A DNA stretch of 64,000 bases, from positions 61,258,001 through 61,322,000 of the forward strand of contig NC_045707.1 of the NCBI RefSeq assembly GCF_009834535.1. Direction: 5' to 3'. This DNA is from Camelus ferus (lineage: Eukaryota). A program made the translations under genes and the position numbers. The first letter of the stretch is position 1; each line of letters opens with the position of its first letter. A model generated the notes under the pieces. The model made no database searches. It saw only the letters and a program-made list of their open reading frames with translations, and had not been told where the DNA came from. Below, in pieces: positions 38,434 to 51,859 of this stretch.

Positions 38434-39080
38434 TCATAAAAGAAGTTGAAGTTGAGGAAGAGCTTTCCCTCACAGAGTTCCCTCCTGTGCAATAAACGTG
38501 TAGGTGAAACCCTTTCTGATCTGTACCAAGCCTCTCTGACCACCCTCGGGAGGAGTCCACACGGGAACACTGCAGAATATTCCGTAAGTAGCTGTGCTGT
38601 GGTTAGCGGACACACGGTGCTTGTGCAAGAAAGAAAATGTGGCCTGTGCACTCTGGGAATTGACTGGCTTAATTATTCTCTTCAGACCTTCCATATGAGA
38701 AAACCATTTATTCCTCTCTCAACCCCACTCATGGTTAATGGAACAAATGAGAACAGAGGAGACAGCAGCAAAGAAGCCAATGAATCACACCGGGGTGTCA
38801 ACTTCAGTCCCTGCTTTGGACTAATTAAGGGATAAGGCTGATGTGAAAATTCTGATTAAGGAACATTTTGAAAGAAATGTAACCTGACTTTCAAACATGA
38901 ATAATTACCACCAAGAGTGGTTGGAAAACAGGCAGAGGTCATCCCCGGCCTCCTGGGAAGAACAGGAAAGACTTTCTCAATCCGCACGTTGCTTGCAGGA
39001 GTCGTTGCTGAAGTGCTTGTACAAATTTGCATCTTGACAAGGATCAAGCTCTTCTCTCCAACAGCGATAATACCCACATG
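38434..39080 (+). pseudogene. Fossil EF-hand exon
   Basis: Pyrimidine-rich acceptor ending taatag; LLCNKRVGETLSDLYQASLTTLGRSPHGN; IDWLNYSLQTF; LLKCLYKF / LHLDKDQ. Confidence 0.5.
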
Positions 39081-39129
39081 GGCTCTCTTCATGGCACCCA
39101 GAAGCCAGCTTTTTCGTTCCATTTGTTCC

Positions 39130-39750
39130 ATTCCACTCATTCATTCATCTGACAAATATTTTCTGAGAAGCTTCCATGCATCAGGTACTGTTCTTGGCAA
39201 TGAGGATTGAGCACTGAATAAAAAAGAAAAAAAACAAAAAACAAACAAAAAAACCCCATCCCTCGTGGAGCTTTGGAAAAACAGGCAATAAACAAGTAAA
39301 TAACTAAGATGTAGAGTATGTCAGATGTGAACAGATGTGTTGAGTGATCGAGCAGGAAGAGAGAAAGGAATTGAGTGGGAAGGGTAACGAGAAGGCAGTT
39401 GCAGTTTTCAAGAGGGTGGTTGGAATAGGCCCCTTTGAGAAGGTGATATCTGAGCAATGACCTGAAGTTGGTCAAGAAGCAAGCCATGTGTACATCTGGG
39501 GGATGACTATTTCAGGCAGAGGGAAGAGCCAGTGCAATGGTCCTGACGCATGAACACACTGAGCCAGTCCCAAAAGCAGCAAGAAACCTGGTGTAAATGG
39601 AGTAAGGGAAAGAGTGATAAGAGATTAGATAAGAAGGAAGTGAGTGGAGGTGGGGATGGGAATCGGAGCCAGATTGCCTAGGACCCTCTAGGTGATTATA
39701 AAGACTCCACTGGTATCTTGGACCATGAGGTGTATGCAGTAAGAAGAGGA
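39130..39750 (-). mobile_element. L2 LINE
   Basis: ctcattcattcatctgacaaatatt tail; caggcagagggaagagccagtgcaa. Confidence 0.8.
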
Positions 39751-42700
39751 GCTTTTGGATTTTTGTAAGTTGAAAATTAGATTTGGTCAAAATCTCTAGC
39801 CACTGGGTACAGAAATTACTCCTCAAATAATAATTACCTAAATAGCAGATGGTGAGCATTGCCCTAGGTGTTTAAAACTGTAGCTGTCACTCCTAGTTAA
39901 AATTGCTAGTCAAAAGTTACCTAAGTTAACTGAGAATGCAATGATTTTCTGAGATAGAAGCATTATTTGACTATGGGAACATTTAAGATTAGTATAAAAA
40001 TGTTTAAAAGACTCAGAACTATAGTATTAAAATTGTAATGTAGGAACTTGTGCATAATTTTTTTATTAATTTATGTATAGTTTGAATTTTATATGTTTGA
40101 GGAAATCTGGAATCCTATAATTTCAGTTTCAAATGTGTAACTGAATAATTTTGGTGAGTATTACTAAGGTTATATATGGTACTTGAATATTAAAAGGACC
40201 CAAATTTCATCATAGTCATAAAGTTAACTTGATTTATCTGAATTACTTAAGTATTTGGAAGGGCTTGCTAATAAAACATTTTAAAGAAAATGTAATATAT
40301 TAAATTTGTAAATAATGTTTACAATACTTGAAGGTGTTGTTTGCCAAGGTTATAAGCGGGAACCAACCAGCATTATTCAAATCTCCTTAACAAGTAGTTG
40401 TAAATATTTGGTAGGTTTTAAAATAGAATGATAAGCTGAGCATAAAAGCTTAAGGAAGAATTAGGTTTCAGCATCTGTAACTTTAATAAAAAGATGTTAA
40501 TGAAATAACCTGAATAATCTTCTCTGTACTGAAAATGCCCTTAACTGGACCAGAATGCTCACACTTATCAGCAGTTGCTTACCATATAGTTTCTAGAAAT
40601 TCACTTTTTGCCTCTTTTTTTTTTTTTTTTTTGCTGCTCATTCTTCCACTGGTATCTTCATTTGCATAATATATATTTTAATGAAATTAATATTTAGAAG
40701 GGAAAAAAAAAGACTTGTGGGATCTTGACAAAATTCTGGGCTGTGCCTGAGAGGGGGTGTGTAGCAGGCTGCAGACCCTTTTTCCTGCCATTTGGTGGCT
40801 TTCCTTTGCTCATAATTGTTCTGGAATACTGGAACGTAGCCCAGGCAGAATTAATTTACAAGATTATAAGTTATACACATCTCTTCTGGGAAAATTACTT
40901 TTCCATTATGCACCCTATTTCCTAGAATTTATCATTTTATAGCAAGAAAATATACCTTATATGACAAAGAATGGTATGCTCCAGCTTGTGTCAGGCTAAT
41001 GAAATATCAGTTAAAGGATAATATTTATTCACCTGAATTAATTGAATAACCATGTAGCTCCATGGTAGGGAGGGAAGGAGTTCTTAAATAGTCTTGAAAA
41101 TTACATTATAATCTACATCTTGAATTTCTGTTTTCGGTGCATTTTAAAGTAAAGCTACTACATGTGATAAATCACTTATTTTGCACCCTTCTGGCTCCAT
41201 AGCCAAGATTGGGTCAAATCTCAGAGCTTTTAGGACCTGACTTTAATAATTGGAACAGGCTCCTAGAGGTTTTTGTTTGTTTGTTTATACATATTTATTT
41301 ATTGCCAAATATAGTAAGCAAGAGAAGAATTGTGAAAATATAAAAAGATGAGTTTAAATACTGCTTGGAGATTTATAAATTTAAGTCTTAGCATTCATCT
41401 TCTTATACTTTGCTGTAATTCCGTATACAATTCATCAGTTCGTGATTTTTGATGAGTTATGGATTTTATGGCTTTTTATTTTGGTGTGTGTGCGTGTTTC
41501 CTAATAGAAGCATGTGTTTTTGCTAATATATGCGGAGAAGGTGGCAACAAATGGAAAAGGCTACTTTAATGCAAGCCAGTGAAATAGAACTCAGGGGGGC
41601 TATGTGCACAGTAATTACCAAATACTGTTAAGAACTTGTGAGAGGATTTTTTTAAGAAAAAAATGTTTGATAAAACAATGCTTTTTGTAATTGGAGACAA
41701 AAACATTGGCCTTTCATAAGTTTTGATCCAGGTGTTTTTCAGGAGAGACTTACTTGGGAAAAGGGCATTTCTTCATCTCAAAGCCCTCCTAACTTTGTCC
41801 CTGACCCCAGCCTCCTCTCCCAGCCCAGGAAGAGTTGTTCCATTATATTTCCATGGAAACTTGTGCCCATCTGTGTCCCCCAGTATTGAAATATGTATTT
41901 ATATTTCTTACTTCTCCACTGTACCAGAGGATCCCTGAAGTCAAGTTCTATTTAAACATAAACAGGATAAAAATGATCAACAAGGAGAGAAAATAGTCAG
42001 GAGACCAAATGGCAGGGATGGAAGAGTAAGAATGAGAGAGTGTTATCCTTGGGCAAAGTGTGAGGCGTTCCCAGAAACTTCAGGGTGCCTGAATACAGAA
42101 AGGACCAAGAGTAATGAAAATTCTCCCAGATGCCTTTTCCAATAGTCAAGAACTTTTGTGAGCAATGGAAGAAAAAAATCAAAATGTCTATTGATTTAAA
42201 TGCAACACAATCCCAAGACTAGACCACTAGGGAATTGTATCTTTGTATGCCCCCTAGAGAGAGTTTTGTTCCTATTGTGGGATTTCTCAGTGCTTAGAGC
42301 AAAGCTTGGCTTATAGTAGGTGCTCATATGGTACTATTGGTTGAATGTTGAACTGAACAGCTTCACGGTGTGACGCTCTCTGCTTTGCATGGGCTTGTTG
42401 CCATCCCTTGGGAATGGATGTTTTCAGATGATTCCCTCCTTTGTATTTTGTATATTCTGGCTCCATAGTAAATATTAGGTGATGATCAACTGTTATTAAC
42501 CCTTTGTTCCCGAAATTTGTTCCAATAATGCTGAAGTTGCTTAACAAGCAAATTTTTCGCTTGACATTTTGAAGAGGCATTTAAGGTTTACATCTGTGTT
42601 AGTCCTAAGAATTACAAGTATGGCAGAAACTTTCTCTTATTAGATAAAATGACTGATAACCAGGAGCCTGTGTGGTGACTTTCTGGATGTTAATTTTATA

Positions 42701-44374
42701 TTGTTTTTCTTTTTAATATCTACACATAAGCTAACATTTGGTTACAAGTTTCTCCTTCCTAAGTATTTTAGTGCTAGGAGGCGGTGGCGGGGGGAGGGGG
42801 AAATAAATGATGCAGGCAGGTTGATTGAAAGTCCATGTAGTCAAGAGAGAATTTTTAGGGTACCAGACAATGCAGGGGAGAGTGGACTTTCTAAAAGCAT
42901 TTATGGAGGCTTCCTTTAATTTGAGGTAATTTGAGGCAGATAGGGTCATTCATCCTCCTTTACTGGTTCTGACTATCTTGGCTATTCTGATCTCTTAGCC
43001 ACAATAGTTCAGTGGGAAAGGTGGGTAGTGATAAGGGCAGTGGAAGTGATACAGAGGGAAGAGATTGTGGTGGGGGTGAGGACTGGACACTGTTGTAGAT
43101 GGGGTTAGGAGGAGAGACAGGGAGAATAAACATGACCATCTAACCATGGGAGCCTTCAGCTCTATAATGATTAGAATCAACATCCACACTAATGGTCAAC
43201 TCATTATTTACCCACTATTGGTCCTCTGTAATGACCTTAAACCCTTCACTTTCAGATTCTCAAACTGTTGAGATTAGACTGTTGAGATTAGGGTAGAGCC
43301 AGACTGATTGCAGAGAATTTGTGTCAGAGGGCATTCCAAAGTCAAACACAAGTGATTTGAGAACTTTCTTTTGCTTTGTTAAATCTGCCTCTTTCCATTC
43401 TTCAGGTATAGTAAGTCAAATATTGGCTCCATGTTCCTGTAATAATAGTAATTTAGCTACTACTGTTGCTTTGACTTTTCCAATTCGCAATCTCCCTAAT
43501 ACTTAAAGCTGAGTCTTACAAAAAGACTTCTGGCTTATATTTTCCCAGCAACTGTTAGTGTATGTTGCATTTGGTAATCCATTTTGAACTTTCAAATAAT
43601 ACCATAGTAAAAATCTCTTGTGGGACGTGTTTGACATCACTAACATTCATTCTGTTTTCATGTATAACCCCTCATATACATTTGTTTTGAATAATATATT
43701 TCATGGCTTAAAAAGCTGAAAAGCCTCCTAATATAAATGAATGGAATTGCTTGAATAATGTGTTGAATCTATTTCCTTCAGTTGTTCAGTACTCTGTTAT
43801 CATTCTCTGGTATTCTAATAGCTACAGGGACAAAGGACACATTTTGCTTTATGGGTTAGATTTTATTCTAAATATTTGGAGACTGCTTTCTCTTCAAAAT
43901 GTTCATAATAATTTGTGGATATAGGTTTACAATAGCAGCACTAGAAGAGCTTGCCTTCCTAGATTCTTTTGTTGATGATTTGAATATACTGTAAGAAGGT
44001 CACTATAGATGTTTTCATAATTATGTCAGTTGGGATGTTTTCAACTGCAAATGCTAAAAGTAATTTAACCTTAACTGGCCTAGGGGATTTGTTCATTCAC
44101 ATTTCTAAACAGGCCAGAAATAAAGCTAGTTTTCACATAAATCCAGGGCTTCAAATGACTTTGGTCCTCCATCTATCAGATTAATTGGCCCTATTCTTAG
44201 ACAGGTTCATCTCTAATAATTAGAAGATTTTTTTTTGAAGATTTCAGATATATATTCTAGCTTTTGCAACAGTTCCAATAGAAAAGAGAATTTCCCAACA
44301 GTTAGGAACAAATGCCAATTCTAATTCTCATTGGCCCTGAACATGCATTTCTCTGAGGTAGCAAGAATGACAAT

Positions 44375-44868
44375 ATTCAAAAAAGAAAGAGGTGAAATTA
44401 GTTTTATTAATAACAGTTGACCCTTGCACAGCACAGGTTTGAACTGCGCAGGTCCACTTCTACCAGGAGTGTATTCAATAAGAACAGTACCACGTGATGT
44501 CTGGCTGATCAGATCCATGGATGAGAAACCACAGATTTGGAGGGACTCGACCATCAGTGTTGAGCATCCATGGCAGGTCCTGGAACTATATGTGGATTTT
44601 CTACTGTGCAGCAGGCATCGGTGCCCTTAACCCCTAAGCTGTTGAAAGGTCAACTGTATATTCAACTAATATGTGAAAATAATACAGTTTCAGCACATAA
44701 TTGATGTAAAACTTATTAATGAGTTTTTGTTTTTTTTTCTGTACCAAGTCTTCAAAATCCGATGTGTCTTTTACACTTAAAGCCAGTCTCAATTTGGTCC
44801 ACCTGACTTTCAGGTGCTCCATAGCCACATGTTGCCAGTGGCAATGCAGAGCTGCTAGTCTTGGACAG
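44375..44868 (+). mobile_element. MER33-like hAT element split by a Tigger insertion
   Basis: ggtgaaattagttttattaata | ..tttcaggtgctccatagccacatg..ttggacag. Confidence 0.7.
44414..44656. mobile_element. Tigger2-like TcMar MITE
   Basis: Terminal inverted repeats cagttgaccctt / aaggtcaactg followed by TA. Confidence 0.8.
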
Positions 44869-45237
44869 ATTCTCCTAAAGAGCAAATATACAGATATTCA
44901 TACATCTCAGATACACTACTCTTTAGCATGTCTTGCTTAGGAACAATGGTCATAAATTATTCTGTTCTCAAAAGAAGTCATTAAATATCAGGATGATGTT
45001 CAGACCCCAAGTTGATGGGGCAGGGAGCAGGGATAGCATAGATTGTCCCATAGTCCCCCCATAACATCTCTATGGACTTCCTTCATACTAATTTTGTTTT
45101 GTTTTATCTTGTTTTGAGCTTTAAACCAATTTCATATCAAAATCATTACCTGTGTTTTTTTTTTTAGTGAGACAGACTGACCTGATATCAACCAATTTAA
45201 GAAATGGACAATAATCAGCTTCTTAAGACTTATGGTT

Positions 45238-45375
45238 GGGGAGAGGGTCTAGCTCAGGTGGTAGTGTGCAATGCTTAGCACGCACGAGGTCCTGGGTTCA
45301 GTCCCCAGTACCTCCTCCAAATATAGATAAATAAACCTAATTACCTTCCCCTCATGAAAAAAAGAAAGAAAGAAA
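45238..45375 (+). mobile_element. Camelid Vic-1-like tRNA-derived SINE
   Basis: A-box tagctcaggtgg, B-box gggttcagtccc, A-rich tail, TSD aagacttatg (45225-45234 / 45376-45385). Confidence 0.85.
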
Positions 45376-45898
45376 AAGACTTATGCTCTTGTTTTCTAGG
45401 TATCATTAAAAAAACTACTAAGGGAGAAGAAAAAGAACATGTCTCTTCCTATTCTTGGATAACTTTTCTTTGATTTGATACATTTATGCCATTGTCCCAC
45501 AGTCAAAAATTTGATTAGCCTCATTATTACTTTGTTCATTTTTCCTCTTTTTCTTACATCCTTCCTTCCAGGTAATATGGGTTTGATAAAATGAAACTTA
45601 AATGTAATTTTTACCATAATAATAAACTCTTAGATAATATATTGAGGTAACAACCTTATATGAAAACACTTATTGTTAAATAACTGTTTTCCTTTTTATT
45701 TCTAAATCTCAGTTTATACCAGAGTAACCTTTTAACAACACCTGAACAGCACTTAATAGTGATTTTTAAATGAAAATATAAATTAGCTTTACTACAATTA
45801 TTTTGCCTTTTGAAAATGCTTAACAAGATTATTAATAATTTGCCATCCCGATGTTGATATATGATACCTGCAGGAGATACCTGTCATTTGTAGCTGCC

Positions 45899-46395
45899 TG
45901 TATTAGTTTCATATCTTGCATAACAAACTATCATGAAGCTTGTAGCTTAAAACAGCATTCATTAATTATCTCATAATTTTATCCATCAGAAATTTGGGCA
46001 GGTTGTAACTGGGTTCTCTGCACAGGGTCTCACAAAGCTGAAATTAAAGTGTCAGCTGAGGTCCCCCTCTCATCTGAGGCTTAGGGTCCTCTTCGAAGCT
46101 AATGTGGTCATCGGCAGAATTCATTTCCTTGCACCTGTCAAACACATGGACCTTATTTCTTCAAGACTAGCAGAAAAACTTCTCTCGTGCTTCAAACTAC
46201 CATTCAGAAAAAGCAGATTTCTTTTTAAAGGCTCACCTGGTTAGGCCAGGCCCACCAAGATGATCACCATTTTGATGAACTCATGGTCGACTATTTAGGG
46301 CTTTTAATTACATCTGCAAATCATTTTTGCTATATCATGGTATAAATGCTAGAGAGTAGAGATCATTGGGGCATCTTAGTATGCTGTCTACCATA
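45899..46395 (-). mobile_element. MLT1D-like LTR
   Basis: tgtattagttt..gcttaaaacagca..ggggcatcttag..ctaccata. Confidence 0.75.
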
Positions 46396-46833
46396 CCTCC
46401 CACATGCCTTGAACACCCTCTTTCTATTTGACAGTTCTTCACATTGTGAACTCCATCTACCCAGGACAGTTTACAAAAACCCTGCATTTTCGGGCTCTTC
46501 TGGGGCTAAGCTGCAGGCATGTGACCTGGGTATTAACCTTCATTTCATGTCATCTCCCTCCCCTCAATCACACTAATACCCTTAAGAGATACATATGTAT
46601 AAATCATTATTACTCAATTTTGTGTTATCTTCTTCAGGTAGTGAAAAGTCATCAATTAAACTGACTACAGCTTGCCTGGAAATGTTCCTCCCATTAATGT
46701 ATTTGTATTTGTTTAATGTTGACTGTCAACAAGCTAACTGTCCATGCCAAATTCTTGTGTAAAACTTTTCTTTACAATTTCTAAAATTCTAGATAAGTTA
46801 CATTTTTACTACCCTCACAGTTCTTCTCTTCAG

Positions 46834-46878
46834 GTTTATCATGTATGATTAATTACATTCTAAATTCCATGAGAAAAG
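46834..46878 (+). pseudogene. 45-nt exon (LSCMINYILNSMRK)
   Basis: ttcttctcttcag|...AAG|gtatga; open, phase 1-1. Confidence 0.45.
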
Positions 46879-47249
46879 GTATGAATAGCTACAGAGTATC
46901 TTGTTAACAAACTCAGATTAGGCAAAAATGCTGCATTTTCTTTCATTGACTTTTAACTTTTTAATTAGAATTTTTTAAACTTCTTTTTTTTTAATTTTTA
47001 ACTTTTAATTAGAATTTATTGGTTTATTTTATGTCTACCATAATAATATTTTTAATCAGTGTCATATGCTTAAACTTCATTTTTTATGGGAAGTGGCTTA
47101 TCTCTAATGATAAATAATCTTGTCATTACATGCACACACAGATACATACAAAAGACACATTCATTATTAAATATTTTGCACCTGAAGTAATTTCAATTGG
47201 TATTCAATTCTTATTCAGGTTATTTAATAAATGATAAATATTTTTGCAG

Positions 47250-47266
47250 ATTGGCCTCAGTATAAG
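47250..47266 (+). pseudogene. 17-nt microexon (DWPQYK)
   Basis: tttttgcag|ATTGGCCTCAGTATAAG|gtaaga; phase-compatible with the previous exon. Confidence 0.45.
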
Positions 47267-47668
47267 GTAAGAAATAATTTTCAAAATTTTTTGTCAGATG
47301 TAGAGCTCTTTCCTTCATAGTCCAGAACTCACACAGCTGTTCATACCTAGATTTGCATCCTGGTGCTGCTGTCAGCCACCTGAGAGATCGTGTTTAAGTT
47401 GGTTACCTTGTTGATGCTTTGTTTTCTCATCTCTAAAACGAGGCAGGAGAATCTTTGATTCTAAAATTCACCTCTAGGTGGCTATTATGTATCTATAGTA
47501 GTGTTCATAGTATTACTAAAGACATCGTTCTCACCATGTTATCGTTTATCAGCATCAGTTTTGCAAATGTAATGTTTATTGAGAGTCTGTGCTAGTCTAC
47601 TATTTTTCTTCTGTTCCCTGTTATATTCTGAAAACATCTTAGCTGGTAGATTTTTTTTCTTTTTCAAG

Positions 47669-47825
47669 AGCTTTTCTTGTGGAGTTGTGTGGAAGGAATC
47701 ATCAAAAAGATCTTAGGATTAATGACAATTGTTTAATGAAATTACTGTATTTAAATAGTGAGCAGGTTCATTAACGAGGTGCTAGTAATCTATTTGCACC
47801 ATTTTTTAACAAGCTCCAGTCGCTA
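47669..47825 (+). pseudogene. Fossil EF-hand exon
   Basis: Acceptor ttttttttctttttcaag; AFLVELCGRNHQKDLRINDNCLMKLLYLNSEQVH*RG..FAPFFNKL. Confidence 0.45.
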
Positions 47826-48713
47826 GCCAGTGTGTACAAATAAGAGTGGATCTCAGGAATGGAGGGAGAAAATTATTTTACCTAAATGTTCCATTAGATG
47901 AATATATCGATTTCCAATGAATATATTTTGGATATTTTAATGACAAAAAGAATATTTTGCCAAATATTCTTTTAAAATTTCTATCCCAAATTGTTGCTGG
48001 GATATTTCACGCACAGGGCTAAGTGCCCAGTCATTTCTAAACGATAAAAAGAGGAATATTTATAAGCTTGATGCTTCCTGGACCTTTAAACACCCAGAAT
48101 CCCTTATTAGATGTTATCAATTAGAGATTGTTGGTCACAAGCTAACATTTAATGACTAAAATAGAAAAGGGAATTTATTGGAAAAGTAACAGCTCAGAGA
48201 CGTAAAAGAGAAGCTTTAAGAGCGAAACTGTAGAAATAACAGGAAACAGAATAGCTCAATTATCTCTAGGTGTTTATGTGCAGGAACAAACACCTTTTAA
48301 GAGTAACAGAGAGGCGTTCACTCAGCACCCATTCCAATCCTGTCTCCTTTCGTCCACTATTGCAGGTTAGGAAATTAACGTACTTAATTTCCCAGTCTCC
48401 CAGTGAGGGCTGTCTGTGTGACACAATTCAAGTCTTGGGCAGAGTTTCTCAACCCTCTGTTTTTTTCTACCTGGAAGGTGGGAGTGATGCCTGAAAGTGC
48501 AGAAGCCAGGCTATTACCACAAGAGCCTCAACTGCATACTAAGGATGGTGGTGCAAGAAAATAAAAGAGGCTTGGCTGCCTGACAATATCAGTGCTCCGG
48601 CATACCTGCCATGGCCTGCCATCCCCAAACTTCTCATTTTGGACCTAAAATCCCTTGCTCAATTATGCCGCTGAATTGCTTTTCGTTTCCTATAAGTGAA
48701 CACATTTTAACAG

Positions 48714-49049
48714 CCCCTGGTAAATGTTGGAACCTAATCCCCAATGTGGTGGTATTTGGAGGTGGGGCCTTTGGGGCGATTAGATCATGAGGGTGGAGCT
48801 TTCGTGAATGGGATTAATGCCCTTATAAAAAAGGCCCCAGAGAGATCCTTTGTCCCACCTGCCATATGAGGACACGGAGAAGACAGCCATTTATGAACCA
48901 GGAAGCAGACTCTCACCAGAAACAGAATCTGCTGGCCCCTTGATCTTGGACCAAGCCCAGGCCTCCAGAACTGTGAGAAATACATTTTTGTTGTACATAA
49001 GCCACCCCGTCTATGGCACTTTTTATAGTAGCCCTAATGGCCTAAGACA
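48714..49049 (+). mobile_element. MLT1A/MSTD LTR
   Basis: ggaggtggggcctttggg..gcctccagaactgtgagaaatac..ctaagaca. Confidence 0.8.
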
Positions 49050-50084
49050 GACATTGCCTTATTCATCAGAAATTGGAGAACATACACCCAGCTTCCTTGA
49101 CACAGCAAAATTACAGATTCTCTTCTATACCTCAGCACAACTAAGACCTGTCTGAGAACCGGCTCCTGGTCGGCAGGGGCAGGGAGAGGCTGGTGACTCA
49201 GGAGGGGAGAGGAGATCAGACACTCAGGAGGGAGAAGAAGGTCCTCCTTGTGGTCACAAGTTAGTAAACCTCAGAAGGGTATTGATAGATTACCTTACAA
49301 AAGGATTACAGTATGTAATTGTTGATTTTAATTTCCTTCCTTGAACTCCTTACTGAAAAGCAGCACTGGAAGTGCTGGCTTTTCTCATCATTCTCTAGTG
49401 CCCAGAACAATGCCTGTGATTGGTCCTCAACCTATATTTGTTTATTTTTGTCTGTGCCAGGCACTGCTCTAAGGACAAATTCTTATAAAAAGTCCTATTC
49501 AGACAGCTCAATTATCCTGATTTTAAGGATGAGAAAAAAGGCTAAGAAATCTTATGATTGAAACTAAGACCTAAAACTAAGACTGACTATGAAGCCCATT
49601 GTTTTAATCATTCTATTAGACTACGTTTATTAGACCTGTGAATGATCCAGGGATAATATCCAGCAGCTAATTGAAAGCAAATAGCTGAAGTTCAAGAGAA
49701 AAATCTAGCATACAGACGCGCGTTTCAGAATCATTGGCATTTAAGTTGCAGCTGAAGGTAAAGGTGTAGAATAACATCACTGGGCGGTGACTTACAATCC
49801 TTTTGACTACAGTTAGAAATAGAGTTTTTAATAGTGATCCACTATACACATACACACACACACACAGATGCCTGTGCGTCTCCCGTAATAACACCTAATC
49901 CTTAGAACATGTGATGCATTCTCTTATTTTTTATTATTTTCTTCAATGCAGTTCTATTTCACTTTTTCACTTAAAAATGCTACTTGCAATCCATTAGGCT
50001 GATTGCATGTTTACTATGATTGCATAGTAGATTGTGCTCTGCAGTTTGAACTACTTAAACTACTGCTGTCAATAATCTGTAGCA

Positions 50085-50548
50085 AAGAAGCCACCAACTG
50101 GTGACCCACTGACTGTATCTGCGTGGAGACGTGTTCCCCTTGGCCGGCTCTTTCTGGCAGGCAGATACGTTAGGCTCGAGCAAAATTTTAAATGTTGGAG
50201 ATTTCATATGAAAGTCTGGATTTCTAGATTCTTTTGAGACATGAAAACCTTTTGCTAATAGTCATTTGACTGACTGGCGGACATTGACTGAAGCTGAGAA
50301 GTAGCTGCTTCCTGGTTCCACAGGGACTCAGCCACCTCACATTCCCTCCCTGACACTGAACATCAGCTGTCACTTAAGATTGTGCTGGTAATGGGGTTTT
50401 TTTGTTTTGTTTTGTTTTCTTGTAAGAGAAAAGGTAGTTCTTTACTGTGTCAAAAAGCAAGAGAACATTTGTCTTGCATATGACCTGCTTCATTAATTTA
50501 TGTTACGTTCAGAGCCCTGTAAGCACCTGGGTTTGTGCATCATACTAT
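50085..50548 (+). mobile_element. MER102/Charlie-like hAT element
   Basis: ggagatttcatatgaaagtctggatttc; cattaatttatgttac..gccctgtaagca. Confidence 0.6.
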
Positions 50549-51859
50549 AGAGCATTAAAGGCACGGCACCAAGGAGGGAAGACTGGGCAATACTCGCCAT
50601 AAAAGAGGACAAAGAGCCCTAGAAAGATACTAAAAAAGAATAACCAGAGGGTTCAAAGTAAACCCATAAAAATAAGACATTAAGGACATCAGGGGTTAAG
50701 AGCATTCAGTTCAGGCTATAAGGTCTTTTTTAAGTCAAAGGCATTTGTGAATTTAATTGGCAAAAACTGCCAAAGAAGATTCTGCTGTCTTAGCTGATTC
50801 ATCTCAGTTCCTGATCCTCGCTGTCAGGAAGAAACATAAATAAAGGATTTCATAGAGGGATACCTGTCTTAATGTGCTAGGATTTAGAGGATGAGGATGC
50901 TAAATGCAGTAGCCAGGTATTACTTTGGTGGTGGGATGTTTTGAATTGAATAAGAATGTGGCTTTCACACATGTTCTGCTGTTTAGAGTGAGGTTCGTGA
51001 AAAAGAGGTGGTAACATCTCAGGGTGGGTTGGAACTGAGCACACTAACATAACTTTAGCATCACCTCCCACTGCTGGGTCCAAAAGCCTGGCATGATTAT
51101 AAGATCAGAAGCATTATTTGATAGTATTCTCATTAAGCTTTGAGTCTGTCCTCGTGGTGGCTTACCATCATGGCAGATCATTGGGGTGTGTATATAAGAT
51201 GAGTTCAATCAAATGTTAGGAATAAGGCTTTGAGAGGATTTAGAACACATAAGGAAATCATTTACAGACAGCATTAACTGCAGGTACTGCCTATAGTGCC
51301 TGGAATAATAGATCATTTGAAAAAAAACTGGAGGTCTTAAATTCCATTGCGTCACCAACCAATCAAAATCCCTTGAGAATTAACAACTAGTTATTGCATT
51401 AAACAATTCAAAGGAAGGAAACAAAATAAGTTCTGCTATAATTGTCAGAAGAAGTAAACGCTTTCCCCCAAACAAAAATAATTTGGAAAAGGATTTCTGC
51501 CTTACCACTAATCTTTTTGTCTAACAGTAAAGGAAGAAGAAGAAACAAAAAGAAAACACAGACTATTCTTGCCTAAATGTCATTCTTGGAAGCAGGGGAG
51601 TGTTTACTTTTCTTTTGTTCTTTCCAAACCCAGGGGAGCAGCTCTGGCTGGAGCATCTCCTTTACCTTGTCATCTGCTGGGAAACAGCACACAAAGCAGG
51701 GCTTCTCCATGCAGGCAGAGACATTCGTGTGTTCTTTCTTTCTATTCCCTGTTGAGCTGAGCTTTAAAAAAAAATTGCCCACTGTGCTTTTCTTGTGTTT
51801 ATTTTTTATGGATCACATTTTCCGTGTCTTACCATGTTAGCAAGTTAAAGGGAATGCAT

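Noticed and set aside
45238..45315. tRNA gene (also 29785-29858)
   Set aside because: Degenerate arms, A-rich tails and TSDs mark these as SINEs.
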